From positions 1 to 64,000 of the forward strand of contig JBEKIG010000009.1 in NCBI GenBank assembly GCA_050011875.1: a DNA stretch of 64,000 nucleotides. The letters are read 5' to 3'. The number at the start of each line of letters is the position of its first letter. Positions within the stretch are counted from its first letter, which is position 1. The position numbers and the translations under genes were made by a program. Below the pieces are notes generated by a model. The model was not told the origin of the DNA, searched no databases, and saw only the letters and a program-made list of their open reading frames with translations. Origin of the DNA: Nitrososphaeria archaeon. GTDB taxonomy: Archaea; Thermoproteota; Nitrososphaeria; JACIWG01. Shown here piece after piece: positions 9,848 through 20,330 of the stretch.

Positions 9848-10015
9848 TTGAGCAAAGCAGAAAAATATTTTGTAGGAGAACTAACTGATGATGAGCATCT
9901 TTCATCTGTATGGATCGAATGGACTGATACAGAGAGACATGCTTTAGAACGTGCTAAGGAAAATAAAAAGCGTAATCCTAAAGGCAAATTTGTTATAGGT
10001 AAAAAATATGAGTAA
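9848..10015 (+). CDS. 55-aa orphan protein (MSKAEKYFVGELTDDEHLSSVWIEWTD...GKKYE)
   Basis: Manual translation; TTG start preceded by GGGGTG SD-like sequence; below the ORF-track cutoff. Confidence 0.5.
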   Translation: MSKAEKYFVGELTDDEHLSSVWIEWTDTERHALERAKENKKRNPKGKFVIGKKYE

Positions 10016-10614
10016 TGAACTTAAATTAGAGGATATTTTAAACTTGATTGAATGAGGCAAGGCAGATATTACATTCAAAGCAAAGAGGGTTATGAAACTA
10101 TTGGGTAATTTATAGATGAATTTGTCCTTAGCTGAGATAATTTGGCATTTTTTGTTTTATAAAGAAAGCAAAATTCGATCTTTTATTAAGATTCGTTAGG
10201 AAACGTTCGTAAAAATGAAGGATTGATAGAGCAAACAGAGTGAAAAAGGAGATCACAATTAACAATTAGCTTTAAAAAGAAAAATTGCTCAACATAAATT
10301 GAAATTACTAATAATATAACAAGAATGATAAGTCCGATATAATAAAAATGTCAGGTAGAATTTTTTTATTTTGATAAATTATTTTTAATCAATATATCTT
10401 ATAGGATTCCAATAAGATAAGAGTTTATAACAATGGTCTATTAAAATTAGAAGATGTCCCAGTACAATATTTAGAACCGTAAAACGTATTAAAGGAAACT
10501 GGAAGCTTATTCAGCAATTGAAAGCAAGAGCCTAAACTGTGTACATAAACGACATTTAGATTAACAAACCTTCGGAAGGAGAGGACCTTCAAAGTTATAG
10601 GGAAATCAGCGTAT

Positions 10615-10668
10615 AGATATCTATATAGAATCTCTGTAGATAGCTATAAATAGGTGCAGATATCTATA
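10615..10668. promoter_or_regulatory. Three copies of AGATA(T/G)CTATA upstream of the RHH-like gene
   Basis: Copies at 10615-10625, 10638-10648, 10658-10668; the first lies in the perfect palindrome TATAGATATCTATA (10612-10625). Confidence 0.55.
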
Positions 10669-10673
10669 ATCAA

Positions 10674-11096
10674 TTGCATGTCTACGATAAAAAAGGGAAG
10701 AAAGGTAAAGTAACGCATTATCCCCCATCCTACTACCGATACAATGAGAAGAAACATGGCATTTTTATCCGGCTTACAAAAGAGCAAAAGGAGGTATTAG
10801 ACAGGTACAAGGGAACAATTAGTTACGGAGAAGCTATTGGAACTCTGTTGGACAGTAAAATGTCTACAGTTTCGTGGCTTAAAATTTTGTTGGATAGTAA
10901 ATTAAATAATGATGAGGATGAACATGAAAACATAAAGATAGAAGTCATCAAGGACGAAAATGAGCTGAAGGAGCTGCTCAAGAAGCATACCCCTGTAGTA
11001 GAACTAAAGGCAGATAAATCAAATAATCATGGGGAGGATCTGGAACTAGCCATTAAAACAAAAAAGCTGAGCAAGCTGTTCCCAAAGAAGCCTTAA
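10674..11096 (+). CDS. Putative ribbon-helix-helix (CopG/antitoxin-like) DNA-binding protein
   Basis: IFIRLTKEQKEVLDRYKGTISYGEAIGTLL fits a strand-helix-helix pattern. Confidence 0.55.
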   Translation: MHVYDKKGKKGKVTHYPPSYYRYNEKKHGIFIRLTKEQKEVLDRYKGTISYGEAIGTLLDSKMSTVSWLKILLDSKLNNDEDEHENIKIEVIKDENELKELLKKHTPVVELKADKSNNHGEDLELAIKTKKLSKLFPKKP

Positions 11097-11255
11097 GTGA
11101 TAATAAAGGCAGATGATATTTGAAGTAATATAGAACCGTATTCATACTGTTCTGGCGCCACTCGTACCGTTGTCATTCTATGCAGAAACTTAAGAAAGTA
11201 ATTTACGGAATTATTATAACTTATCTTTTTGAAAAATAAGATCAAATATATATTA

Positions 11256-13217
11256 CTATTCTATCGGCAATTTAATAGGATTAAATCTGATGCCTCCGCC
11301 TTTAAAGAACTTTGTAGAAAATTCGTAGAAGATTAACCTTATTGACTGTATTCCGGCAGCAAATCCCTCGATAATTACGACCATAATGTTAACTATTATA
11401 AGACTTGGAATTATGCCAAGGGAAGCGCCTAAAGTAACAGCGAAACCAGCGAGTACACCGTGGGCGATAGCGAAGGCGGCAAGTCGGATATAAGACATGG
11501 AGTTTGTTATAAAAGAAAGGACGGTTTCGATAAATTCACCGAACCCATCCGTTAGTCTATCGCTAACCTTTAAGTCCTTTTTGCCCAATCCTTTTAATAT
11601 AGGTGCTAAAAAGACCAACACTAACATTATAACTGCTCCGAAGGTCAAAGGTTCATTTTCTGGTGATAGAAAAGCGCCAAGCTGGATGCCACCCAAGATC
11701 AGCCTATAAGCTAGAATCACTCCGATTATATAATAGATTAGACCGATCAACCCTTTTCCACTAAAAATCGCCTCTCTGATTTCGCCTTCTGAGACGTTCT
11801 TTACAACGTTTAGAGTCAACGCAAATCCGATCTGAAGTACTCCAAATAAAAGTGACACACCAACAATAGTGTAAAATGAATCCGTAGGCCTCAATATTAA
11901 GGGCTTGAATTCAAACAGGAAAAATGAGCCGTAGAATACTCCAAATATCATAGCTGAAATTCCTCCTGTCATCATTATAATTCCAAGACGATTTATTGCG
12001 CGCTTTGACAACCCGATGAAAGATTTTCTCATCCTGTAAAAAAGGAAGCCCCAGACGAGTATTATCAGCCCATCACCGACGTCTCCAAACATCCATCCGT
12101 ACATGACCGGAAATAACACTGCAAATATCAGCGTTGGATCAATATCTCTATAATCAGGTACCCCTCTCGCGGTTGTGAGCAATTCAAAATTCTTCAGCAG
12201 ACCTCTGTTCGATAATTCAACCGGTACTTCTTCGTCTCCTCTCGGATCCTCTAGAGTAAGATAAAGGACTCCCTCGGTCAACTTTGAGACACTTGTTTCC
12301 AAATCCTTTGTCGAATGCTCAGGAATCCATCCTTGAACTATGCAGAAGTTTTTAGTTCTAAGCAGCGATGACCTTGCTTCTTTCAAAAAGCTTACGTAGC
12401 CTCTCTTCGCATCTAGTTCACTAAATATTTCTCTAAGCTCATTTTCTACCGAATAGGCTTCCTTGAACTTGTCATCTATTATTCCTCTTACCTTTTTCAG
12501 TGCGGTATTAGGGTCTGAAGGCAGATCTGATGGAAACTTGAATTCATTGAAATTGAGGAGGCTTAGTGCCTTTTCAACATTCTGCTCGTATTCGGTAAGC
12601 GCGGCGACAAATAAAATTGATTCTCTAGGCCCAACTCCTTTTGTTTCATAAATTACTTTAAAGTCCCTTAGAAATTCCTCGAGCTTAGGAAGAAATACGT
12701 TGTTTATGATGCCGACCTTAACAAAAATGAACCTGTGATCGCCTATATTTCTAATATCGATGCCGCTGTCTTTCAGCAACGTCAAATGATTCCCCATCGT
12801 ATTGAATTCTTCTATGTCCTTTATCAATAGGCCAATTTGGTTTGCTAGCTGATCAATTTTTTTCTCGTAAAAAGCTATGTATCTTCTGATGTCTTCGTCG
12901 CTCAATTTAGCTGATTTCGTTGATAGGTTTGTGTGGGAATCTGATTCACTCGTGCGTTTTATGGATGATGGTGAAAACTTTTCCTCCAACGCCTTTAAAG
13001 AGTCCAAAAGCACCCTTGACCTTTCACACATTCTAATGAAACCGTCATAAAGTTCAAGATTTTCCGGCTCCTCACCTATAGAGGCACGCTCGCTAATCAG
13101 CTGGACTGCTCCTAGCCTGCCTATCTCTTCCAAAGTTCTGACTTCATGACTCCGTTGTACAGCGAGATAGAATTTCTTCATTTTAACAGGCTTAAGCACT
13201 TGTATATCTCCTTCCAT
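11256..13217 (-). CDS. atpI: A/V-type ATP synthase subunit I (a)
   Basis: VQGWIP, DIDPT, GWMFGDVGDG, SYIRLAAF (essential Arg), IRLIFYEFSTKFF. Confidence 0.96.
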   Translation of the reverse strand: MEGDIQVLKPVKMKKFYLAVQRSHEVRTLEEIGRLGAVQLISERASIGEEPENLELYDGFIRMCERSRVLLDSLKALEEKFSPSSIKRTSESDSHTNLSTKSAKLSDEDIRRYIAFYEKKIDQLANQIGLLIKDIEEFNTMGNHLTLLKDSGIDIRNIGDHRFIFVKVGIINNVFLPKLEEFLRDFKVIYETKGVGPRESILFVAALTEYEQNVEKALSLLNFNEFKFPSDLPSDPNTALKKVRGIIDDKFKEAYSVENELREIFSELDAKRGYVSFLKEARSSLLRTKNFCIVQGWIPEHSTKDLETSVSKLTEGVLYLTLEDPRGDEEVPVELSNRGLLKNFELLTTARGVPDYRDIDPTLIFAVLFPVMYGWMFGDVGDGLIILVWGFLFYRMRKSFIGLSKRAINRLGIIMMTGGISAMIFGVFYGSFFLFEFKPLILRPTDSFYTIVGVSLLFGVLQIGFALTLNVVKNVSEGEIREAIFSGKGLIGLIYYIIGVILAYRLILGGIQLGAFLSPENEPLTFGAVIMLVLVFLAPILKGLGKKDLKVSDRLTDGFGEFIETVLSFITNSMSYIRLAAFAIAHGVLAGFAVTLGASLGIIPSLIIVNIMVVIIEGFAAGIQSIRLIFYEFSTKFFKGGGIRFNPIKLPIE

Positions 13218-13457
13218 GAAGAAGATTCAAATCGATATTTAAATCTAATCAAACCTAATTTATGTTTGTAATGGAACCTGGGTGAATAGATAGTCCAAGA
13301 AAAGTGTGCACTCTAATACTCTTTACATTCAAAAGAAATCTGTGATCTAAAAGGTGTTGAATGAACCTTTAATTTCTGCTTTTCTCATTCCAGTGAGCTA
13401 TAAAAAGGCGAGGAGAACGTTTATTAATTGTAGCACTTAGCATGTATTGATTGGGTC

Positions 13458-13784
13458 ATGAGCGTAACAGCTGTAGGTGATAGCTACTTCATTACAGCTT
13501 TAAGACTAGCTGGTGTTGATGGAAGAAATGCTCATGACGCCCGTGAAGCTGAACAGGTAATTGATCAGATTATCAAGGAAGGCAAATGTAAAGTTCTGCT
13601 GATACCTGAGGATTTAGCTTTAAAGCTCAAAAAAAAGCGTAAGGAGCTCTCTAATAATAGACAGATCTACCCGGTTTTTGCCATAATCCCTGGTCTAAAT
13701 GGCCCGGTTGGCGAACGTGTTAAGGAGATTCACCAATTCATAAGCCAAGCAGTTGGTGTAAAGCTCAAACTGTCTGAAGAATAG
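13458..13784 (+). CDS. atpF: A/V-type ATP synthase subunit F
   Basis: AVGDSYFITALRLAGV N-terminus; ISQAVGV C-terminus. Confidence 0.9.
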   Translation: MSVTAVGDSYFITALRLAGVDGRNAHDAREAEQVIDQIIKEGKCKVLLIPEDLALKLKKKRKELSNNRQIYPVFAIIPGLNGPVGERVKEIHQFISQAVGVKLKLSEE

Positions 13785-13801
13785 AATGGGGCGCTAAAGA
13801 T

Positions 13802-14113
13802 ATGCCGATCATAAAAGATTTGGTAGATGAAGAAAAAAAGACAGAGGAGACAATAAAGGAAGCAGAAGACAGAGCTAAGGAAATAGTGAACACTGCAAAG
13901 AAAAAGGCCAATCAGCTCATTAGGGAAGCTGAAAACGAAGTAAACGTCGTCAAAGATCTGACAGATCGTAGGGAATCAGAAATAGCTATTAAAAAAGAGG
14001 CTGTAGTTAAAGCGTACAGCGAAAAAGTAGAAGAGATCGAGACGTCGTGTGAAAGAAATTTTGGCGAAGCTGTAGATTTTATTCTAAACTATATTCTAGG
14101 TGAAATTGCATGA
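13802..14113 (+). CDS. atpH: A/V-type ATP synthase peripheral stalk subunit H (G)
   Basis: Coiled coil EAEDRAKEIVNTAKKKA, C-terminal EAVDFIL; operon context. Confidence 0.8.
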   Translation: MPIIKDLVDEEKKTEETIKEAEDRAKEIVNTAKKKANQLIREAENEVNVVKDLTDRRESEIAIKKEAVVKAYSEKVEEIETSCERNFGEAVDFILNYILGEIA

Positions 14114-14733
14114 GTATTGAATCACTTAAAGTTGAGATAAGAAAGAAGGCGGAAGAAGAAGCTAAACATATAATTGATACCGCAAATGGGGAAGGTGCAG
14201 GAATTATCAATCAAGCCGAAGAGGAAGCTAAACGCATTATTGAGAACAAGATAAAGGAAAACGACAAGAAGCTTACTGAAAAAGAGAAGATCGAGCTATC
14301 GTTGGCTAGGATCGAAGGTAGAAGGAAGATTTTAAGTGTAAAATCCAAGTACATCGCAGACGTATTTGAGGAGGTTGAAAAAAGGTTAAGGGAACTTCCG
14401 GAAAAAAATCCAACACGTTATAGGGACCTTCTAGTCAATTATGCCGTAGAAGCAATTAACAATTTAGATGAAAAAGAATTATTTATAAAGGTAAACCGCC
14501 ATGACCAAAAGATAGTTAATGAATTAACCGAAAAGATCAAAAATGGGTCCAAAAAATCGAATAAAATCGTTGGACTACAAATTTCACCTGAACCCATTAA
14601 TGCGAACGGCGGCGTTATAATCTACACAGGAGACAAAAAACAATACTATGTAAATACGTTTGAATCAAGATTAAAGAAGATCAAATCAGAAGATGAAGGT
14701 AGAGTGCTTGAAATTTTGCTGAGATCTAAATAG
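14110..14733 (+). CDS. atpE: A/V-type ATP synthase subunit E
   Basis: N-terminal coiled coil, GGVII, NTFESRL. Confidence 0.92.
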   Translation: MSIESLKVEIRKKAEEEAKHIIDTANGEGAGIINQAEEEAKRIIENKIKENDKKLTEKEKIELSLARIEGRRKILSVKSKYIADVFEEVEKRLRELPEKNPTRYRDLLVNYAVEAINNLDEKELFIKVNRHDQKIVNELTEKIKNGSKKSNKIVGLQISPEPINANGGVIIYTGDKKQYYVNTFESRLKKIKSEDEGRVLEILLRSK

Positions 14734-14745
14734 GAGGCGTCATGT

Positions 14746-16584
14746 ATGGGAAAAAGAATCGGCACTTTAAATAGGATTTCTGGTTCAGTGGTTATAGGAA
14801 CAGGGATTCCGGATATTCAAATTGGGGAAATAATATTTGTAGGCTCTGATGAACTTCTTGGAGAAGTTATTCGTATTTCAGAAGATACCTTCACAGCCCA
14901 AGTTTATGAATCAACAAGTGGAATTGGACCTGGAGGAAAAGTTGTTGCGACAGGCAAAAAGCTTGTCACAGAAATCGGGCCAGGCATGCTCAACAGAATT
15001 TACGATGGTGTGGGAAGAAACCTTGAGCTTCTTGCTAAAGAAAGAGGCGCCTTTATTACCCGTGGCGCAAAGGTGAGCACACTTCCCAGAGATCGAAAGT
15101 GGCATTTTCTACCACTAATTTCTAAGGGCTCAAAAGTGGAGTATGGCGACATTATAGGAGAAGTTCAGGAGACGCCTATGATGCAACACAAAATTTTGAT
15201 TCCCTTCGGCTTACGGGGTACTATCGTGAAGATTGAGGAAGGCGATTTTAGGGTCGACGAGCCCATGTCTAAAATCTCACACGATGGTGAAGAGACTGAA
15301 CTGACAATGATGCAAGAATGGCCCGTGAGAGTTCCTCGTCCTTTCAAAGAAAACGGCCGATTACTTTTAAGCGAACCCTTAATTACGGGGCAGAGGGTCA
15401 TAGATACTTTCTTTCCAATCGCTAAGGGTGGTTCAGCCGCAATACCCGGAGGTTTTGGCACTGGCAAAACTATTATTCTCCACCAGCTAGCTAAGTGGAG
15501 CGATGCTCAGGTTGTTGTATACATAGGATGCGGCGAACGCGGAAACGAGATGAGCGAGGTTCTCAACGAATTTCCGAAGCTCAAGGATCCAAGAAGCGGA
15601 AGGCCATTAATGGAAAGGACGATTTTGATAGCTAACACGAGCAATATGCCTGTCGCAGCAAGAGAATCCAGCATCTACATCGGTGCAACAATGGCAGAGT
15701 ATTATAGAGACCAAGGATACGATGTCGCAATAATGGCCGATTCCACTTCAAGATGGGCTGAAGCTCTCAGAGAGATCTCAGGAAGACTTGAAGAGATGCC
15801 TGTCGAGAGAGGATATCCCGCCTATTTACCAGATAGGATAGCGGAGTTCTACGAGAGAGCGGGGCATGTAATAGCATCAGGAAAGCCCGAGCGAAAGGGA
15901 TCAGTGACAATAATAGGAGCAGTTTCACCGCCCGGCGGGGACTTCAACGAACCTGTCACTATTAACACCCTCAGATTTACTAACGTCTTCTGGGCTCTTG
16001 ACACGGAACTAGCCTACAGCAGGCATTTTCCCGCAATCAACTGGCTTAGAAGTTACAGCCTTTATTCTGAACAATTAATTAACACGATTATACTGAGCTT
16101 ACAAAACCCCGCCCAACAAAAAGAGGACCTTGGAGAAATGAGAAACGCCGTCACCCAATTTACAAAGTACAGGTCAGATACGCTCGGATTACTTAATATG
16201 GCATCTGAGGTAGAGTCGATTGCAAGGGTAATAGGAGAAAGCGCTCTTCCAGATGAGCAAAGACTAATTTTGTTAACCGCAGAAATATTGAAGGAGGGCT
16301 TTTTACGACAATCAGCATTCCATGAGGTTGACGCATACTGCGATATGGTAAAACAGTTCCTACTGCTCAAAATGATTTTGAACTTTCATGAGAAGACTAT
16401 GTTGATGATAAAGCAAAGGGTTCCGTTTACAAGAATAAGGGAAATGCCAGAGATTTCTATGATGATGAAGATAAAGGAAGATCCCAAAGGCATTGATAGC
16501 ATTCTTGAGATTATGAAGGACACAGAAAATGCTCTCGAAGTAATCGCCCTTGACTATGGTTTTTCTATAAAGGAGGTTAAATAA
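14746..16584 (+). CDS. atpA: A/V-type ATP synthase catalytic subunit A
   Basis: GGFGTGKT P-loop, [28 protein letters not shown]; no intein evident. Confidence 0.98.
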   Translation: MGKRIGTLNRISGSVVIGTGIPDIQIGEIIFVGSDELLGEVIRISEDTFTAQVYESTSGIGPGGKVVATGKKLVTEIGPGMLNRIYDGVGRNLELLAKERGAFITRGAKVSTLPRDRKWHFLPLISKGSKVEYGDIIGEVQETPMMQHKILIPFGLRGTIVKIEEGDFRVDEPMSKISHDGEETELTMMQEWPVRVPRPFKENGRLLLSEPLITGQRVIDTFFPIAKGGSAAIPGGFGTGKTIILHQLAKWSDAQVVVYIGCGERGNEMSEVLNEFPKLKDPRSGRPLMERTILIANTSNMPVAARESSIYIGATMAEYYRDQGYDVAIMADSTSRWAEALREISGRLEEMPVERGYPAYLPDRIAEFYERAGHVIASGKPERKGSVTIIGAVSPPGGDFNEPVTINTLRFTNVFWALDTELAYSRHFPAINWLRSYSLYSEQLINTIILSLQNPAQQKEDLGEMRNAVTQFTKYRSDTLGLLNMASEVESIARVIGESALPDEQRLILLTAEILKEGFLRQSAFHEVDAYCDMVKQFLLLKMILNFHEKTMLMIKQRVPFTRIREMPEISMMMKIKEDPKGIDSILEIMKDTENALEVIALDYGFSIKEVK

Positions 16585-16586
16585 AA

Positions 16587-18017
16587 ATGTCAACCCAACT
16601 TGGTTTTGAAGATGTTCAAGGAAAGATATACAGGGGTGTTAAAGAAATCAAAGGCTCTCTGGTATTTATTGAAAACGTAGCAGGTGTAGGTTACGATGAA
16701 ATTGTTATACTAAGGGGCTCAGATGGAATAGATAGACTTGGCCGAGTACTCGACATATCACACGACTTTACCATCGTACAGGTCCTCGGTTCAACAGATG
16801 GTCTACAAACTGATATGATAGTAAAATTTACTGGAACAGTTTTTAAGATTCCCGTCTCCGATGAAGCACTTGGAAGAGTATTCAATGGAATATTTAAACC
16901 AATCGATGGAATGCCGTCAATAGTTTCAAGCGATGTCAGAGATGTTAATGGCTCTCCAGCAAACCCTGTTGCAAGAGTCTTTCCCAACAACTTTATACAA
17001 ACGGGGATTTCGGCGATAGATGGCGTCTTGTCACTAATAAGGGGACAAAAGTTACCTATATTTTCAGAAAGTGGTCTTCCACACAATAGAATTATAGCCC
17101 AGATAGCTAGACAGGCTACGGTCAGAGGGGAGAGCGAGGAATTTGCGTTGGTTTTTGCAGCGATGGGCCTGAAAAGTGATGAAGCTAGATTCTTCTTGGA
17201 ACAGTTCAGGAACTCTGGCGCTATTGAACGGTCAGTAGTAATATTGAATCTCGCAGAGGACCCAGCTAATGAAAGACTTCTAACGCCACGTATTGCGTTA
17301 ACAGTAGCCGAGCATTTAGCGTTTGACCTGGATCTTCAGGTTCTAACCATCCTAAGCGATATGACGAACTATTGTGAAGCGTTGAGAGAAATGAGTGCTG
17401 CAAGAGAGGAAGTGCCTGGAAGGTCAGGATATCCAGGGTATCTCTACAGTGACCTGTCAACGCTCTATGAGAGAGCAGGTATAATGGTTGGTAGGAAGGG
17501 GTCTCTAACGCAGATGCCCGTGTTGACGATGCCTGGTGGAGATTTAAGACATCCAATACCAGACCTTACCGGCTACATAACTGAAGGCCAGCTATTTCTA
17601 GACAGAGACTTGTACTCTCGAAGCATTTATCCTCCAATAAACATCCTGCCGTCACTAAGCAGGCTTATGGGAAGCGGTATCGGCAAAGATAAAACAAGGG
17701 AGGATCACGGGGACATAGCAGACCAGCTCTACGATGCATATTCACGTGGGTCACGCTCCAGAGATCTTGCAAGAATTGTCGGAGAGATGGGGTTAAGTGA
17801 GAGAGAAAGAAGCTATCTAAGGTTTGCGGACTTGTTTGAGAAACAGTTTATAAACCAAGGTGAAAACGTAAACAGGACGATTGAGGAAACCCTAGACATA
17901 GCATGGGAAACTCTGGCGTCCCTACAAGAGAGTGAACTCGTCAGAATCAGTGAAAGCTTGATTAAGAAATACCACCCAAAATACAAATCGAATAAGCCGG
18001 ATTCCTCTACCGGATAG
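16587..18017 (+). CDS. atpB: A/V-type ATP synthase subunit B
   Basis: [40 protein letters not shown]. Confidence 0.98.
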   Translation: MSTQLGFEDVQGKIYRGVKEIKGSLVFIENVAGVGYDEIVILRGSDGIDRLGRVLDISHDFTIVQVLGSTDGLQTDMIVKFTGTVFKIPVSDEALGRVFNGIFKPIDGMPSIVSSDVRDVNGSPANPVARVFPNNFIQTGISAIDGVLSLIRGQKLPIFSESGLPHNRIIAQIARQATVRGESEEFALVFAAMGLKSDEARFFLEQFRNSGAIERSVVILNLAEDPANERLLTPRIALTVAEHLAFDLDLQVLTILSDMTNYCEALREMSAAREEVPGRSGYPGYLYSDLSTLYERAGIMVGRKGSLTQMPVLTMPGGDLRHPIPDLTGYITEGQLFLDRDLYSRSIYPPINILPSLSRLMGSGIGKDKTREDHGDIADQLYDAYSRGSRSRDLARIVGEMGLSERERSYLRFADLFEKQFINQGENVNRTIEETLDIAWETLASLQESELVRISESLIKKYHPKYKSNKPDSSTG

Positions 18018-18638
18018 TTGATAACTGTGTCAACGGGTCAAGTTTCAGCTACGAAAGGTGCGCTGCAGCGTTTAAGGGAGCAGATAAAGTTCACTGAAAA
18101 GAGTAAAGACGTTCTCAAAATGAAAAGAGACCAGCTCGCTGGGGAAATAAATAGACTTTTACATGAGATCCAGCGCAGAAAAGAAATCGAAAAAATGTTT
18201 AGTGAGGCATACGAATCGGTAAAGTACGCATATGCTGTTGAAGGCTATGATGAAGTTTCCTCGATCGCCAACGCTGCAGACCTTTTGGAAGTTCGCGCCA
18301 ACCCAGTCAGTGTTATGAATGTGTTGATGCCTGAAGTTGAAGTCGTAAGAAGAGGTGGGTCTAAACAGATACCATCGATAACCTTATTTGTCACAACTGA
18401 AAAACTGATCAAGGCTATTGAAGAGGCGATTAATCTGGCTATTGTTGAGGCAAAGATAGAGCAACTTGCAAAAGAGTTGATGGAGACTAATAGAAAAGTG
18501 AATGCCCTAGAAAAGGTCATAATGCCGAGATATATATCGCAGGCTAAGTATATTGAAGATCGGTTAATAGAAGAGGATTTGGAGGAATTTTCTGCTACGA
18601 AACATGTTCGAGATATAATACGGGAGAGGCGCGAATGA
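18018..18638 (+). CDS. atpD: A/V-type ATP synthase subunit D
   Basis: LKMKRDQL, TNRKVNALEKVIMP. Confidence 0.95.
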   Translation: MITVSTGQVSATKGALQRLREQIKFTEKSKDVLKMKRDQLAGEINRLLHEIQRRKEIEKMFSEAYESVKYAYAVEGYDEVSSIANAADLLEVRANPVSVMNVLMPEVEVVRRGGSKQIPSITLFVTTEKLIKAIEEAINLAIVEAKIEQLAKELMETNRKVNALEKVIMPRYISQAKYIEDRLIEEDLEEFSATKHVRDIIRERRE

Positions 18639-19663
18639 ACCCCTCCTTAATATATTTGGTAACGCGAACTCATGGCTTACACACACATCTGCTGACGGAA
18701 GAAAATTATAGGAACGTTCTGAAGACAAAAGATTTGAATTCATTAGTCCAATACCTTTTAAGAACAGACTATGGACCAGAAACAAGCAAAATATCAAGTG
18801 AATCAATAAACTCTATGAAGCTTGGTCAAGTCTTTTACTCGGTGCTCATGTCACGGGTGTATCATCTTATTCGACTTGCGCCGAGGGATTTCAGGGATTT
18901 TCTTTTTTTGTACGCTGAAAGATATGAAATGGAAAATGTCAAGAGAATCTTGAGATCAAAAAGAACTGGGAATCAAATAGGCACCGACATGCTGCTGCCC
19001 ATTCCCAGAGAATTTGCGATAATAAATTTTTCAGCCATGATAGAGGCGTCCACACTACAGAATTCTCTGGAGATTTTGAAGGCCACGAGATACTCTATGA
19101 TTATTGAAAAAACATCGTTGCTTCAGAAATATGGAATACAGACTTTACTTGAAGGCGCCCTCGATAAAATATACTTCAAAGATTTAGAGAAATCCCTTAA
19201 CAACATCCCTGACAATAGAAAAGTCGGAATCATAGTTGGCACAGAAGTAGATCTTCGCAACATAGGTCTTATGATAGATTTAAGAGCTCGTGACGTAGAC
19301 CCAGAAACAGTTCTGTCGATATCATTTAAACCGTTTAGACTTAGGGACGAGGACGTAAACCAGATCGCTAGAGCGAAACCTAGCATGGTACCAGACATAT
19401 TAATGAAAACGCCCTATCAAAGATTCGCTTCACGTTTGAAATCTACGTTTGAAGAAGGGAAAGTGGAAAGAATAGAACAGGTCATAAACAGCGAAATTTA
19501 CTCTAAAGCAGTGTCGGTCGCAAGAGAGTTCCCCAACGACTTCGCATATATAGTAGGATACCTTCAAATAGCTGAAATGGAAGCGAAGAATCTGATTTCA
19601 ATTGCTACTGGAATGGAGTTAGCCTTAGAAGAAGAAAAGATAAGATCCATGCTATATTTGTAA
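18635..19663 (+). CDS. atpC: A/V-type ATP synthase subunit C (d)
   Basis: YLVTRTHG, YEMENVKRILR, EVDLRNI, EAKNL. Confidence 0.9.
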   Translation: MNPSLIYLVTRTHGLHTHLLTEENYRNVLKTKDLNSLVQYLLRTDYGPETSKISSESINSMKLGQVFYSVLMSRVYHLIRLAPRDFRDFLFLYAERYEMENVKRILRSKRTGNQIGTDMLLPIPREFAIINFSAMIEASTLQNSLEILKATRYSMIIEKTSLLQKYGIQTLLEGALDKIYFKDLEKSLNNIPDNRKVGIIVGTEVDLRNIGLMIDLRARDVDPETVLSISFKPFRLRDEDVNQIARAKPSMVPDILMKTPYQRFASRLKSTFEEGKVERIEQVINSEIYSKAVSVAREFPNDFAYIVGYLQIAEMEAKNLISIATGMELALEEEKIRSMLYL

Positions 19664-19705
19664 TATACAATTTTCATACACTGGGAAAAAATATCACTTT
19701 AGAGG

Positions 19706-20128
19706 TTACGGTATTTTAGCTAATATTTGGAACGCAATTAGAAGACCGTAGATAGCTATTCCCTCGCCTAGTCCTGCGAGTATCAGGACAAAGCCAAAAG
19801 CACTTGGCTTTTCAACGATTGCGGCAATCCCAGCACTTGCAGCGTAGCCCACTGCAATCCCGGCCCCAATGCATGATCCAGCTATTGCCAATCCAGCCCC
19901 AAGCATTCCAAGCCCGCTTGAGAAGTCAGAAGTTGTAGATGTAGATGTAGAGTTTGTAGATGTCTGAACAGAAGTTGTTGCCGCGAAAGAAATCCCGACA
20001 ACCAGTGGGAACACTACTAGAAGATTAAAGGCAGTAATAATCAAAAATGACCTTCTAAAAGTTCTCAAATGCTTAAACATTCTCACTGTGAATTTTTTGA
20101 TAGCGCTTCTCGTTCCCTTTATAGTCAT
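19706..20128 (-). CDS. atpK: A/V-type ATP synthase proteolipid subunit K (c) with N-terminal leader
   Basis: GAGLAIAGSCIGAGIAVG hairpin, EKP loop, LGEGIAIYG carboxylate; alternative start at 20080. Confidence 0.95.
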   Translation of the reverse strand: MTIKGTRSAIKKFTVRMFKHLRTFRRSFLIITAFNLLVVFPLVVGISFAATTSVQTSTNSTSTSTTSDFSSGLGMLGAGLAIAGSCIGAGIAVGYAASAGIAAIVEKPSAFGFVLILAGLGEGIAIYGLLIAFQILAKIP

Positions 20129-20244
20129 CGAATATCTGTTTCGATATTCTCTTTAAATACTTTTCCACAATTCCTCCTAGTATTAAAAAAGGCAAATATT
20201 TATCGCCGACAAATGCAAAACTATAAGTAATGGCTTGATTGCTG

Positions 20245-20320
20245 TCCTCTTGCGCAAGACCGTTAGTTCATTGAATCGGAAAAATCTGACTCAGGCTACT
20301 TCGATTTTGCATAAAGAGGA
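20245..20320 (+). promoter_or_regulatory. Candidate structured 5'-UTR of the DEAD-box helicase gene
   Basis: TCCTCTTGCGCAA (20245-57) complementary to TTGCATAAAGAGGA (20307-20, includes SD-like AGAGGA); inner AATCGGA/TTCGATT stem. Confidence 0.5.
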
Positions 20321-20330
20321 ATAAAACAAA

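Larger units (their letters stand above)
8790..11250. mobile_element. AT-rich accessory island; decayed plasmid/virus-like remnant
   Basis: Low coding density, visibly AT-rich, orphan short ORFs, interrupted frames, one RHH-like gene; no integrase or transposase recognised. Confidence 0.45.

Noticed and set aside
9889-9928. ATGATGA...CTGA resembling a box C/D sRNA
   Set aside because: About 40 nt, short for an archaeal C/D guide; poor C'/D' boxes; lies inside a plausible ORF
10472-11140. 10-bp direct repeat TAGAACCGTA flanking the RHH-like gene (att site or TSD?)
   Set aside because: Short, with no integrase, transposase or terminal inverted repeats; could be chance
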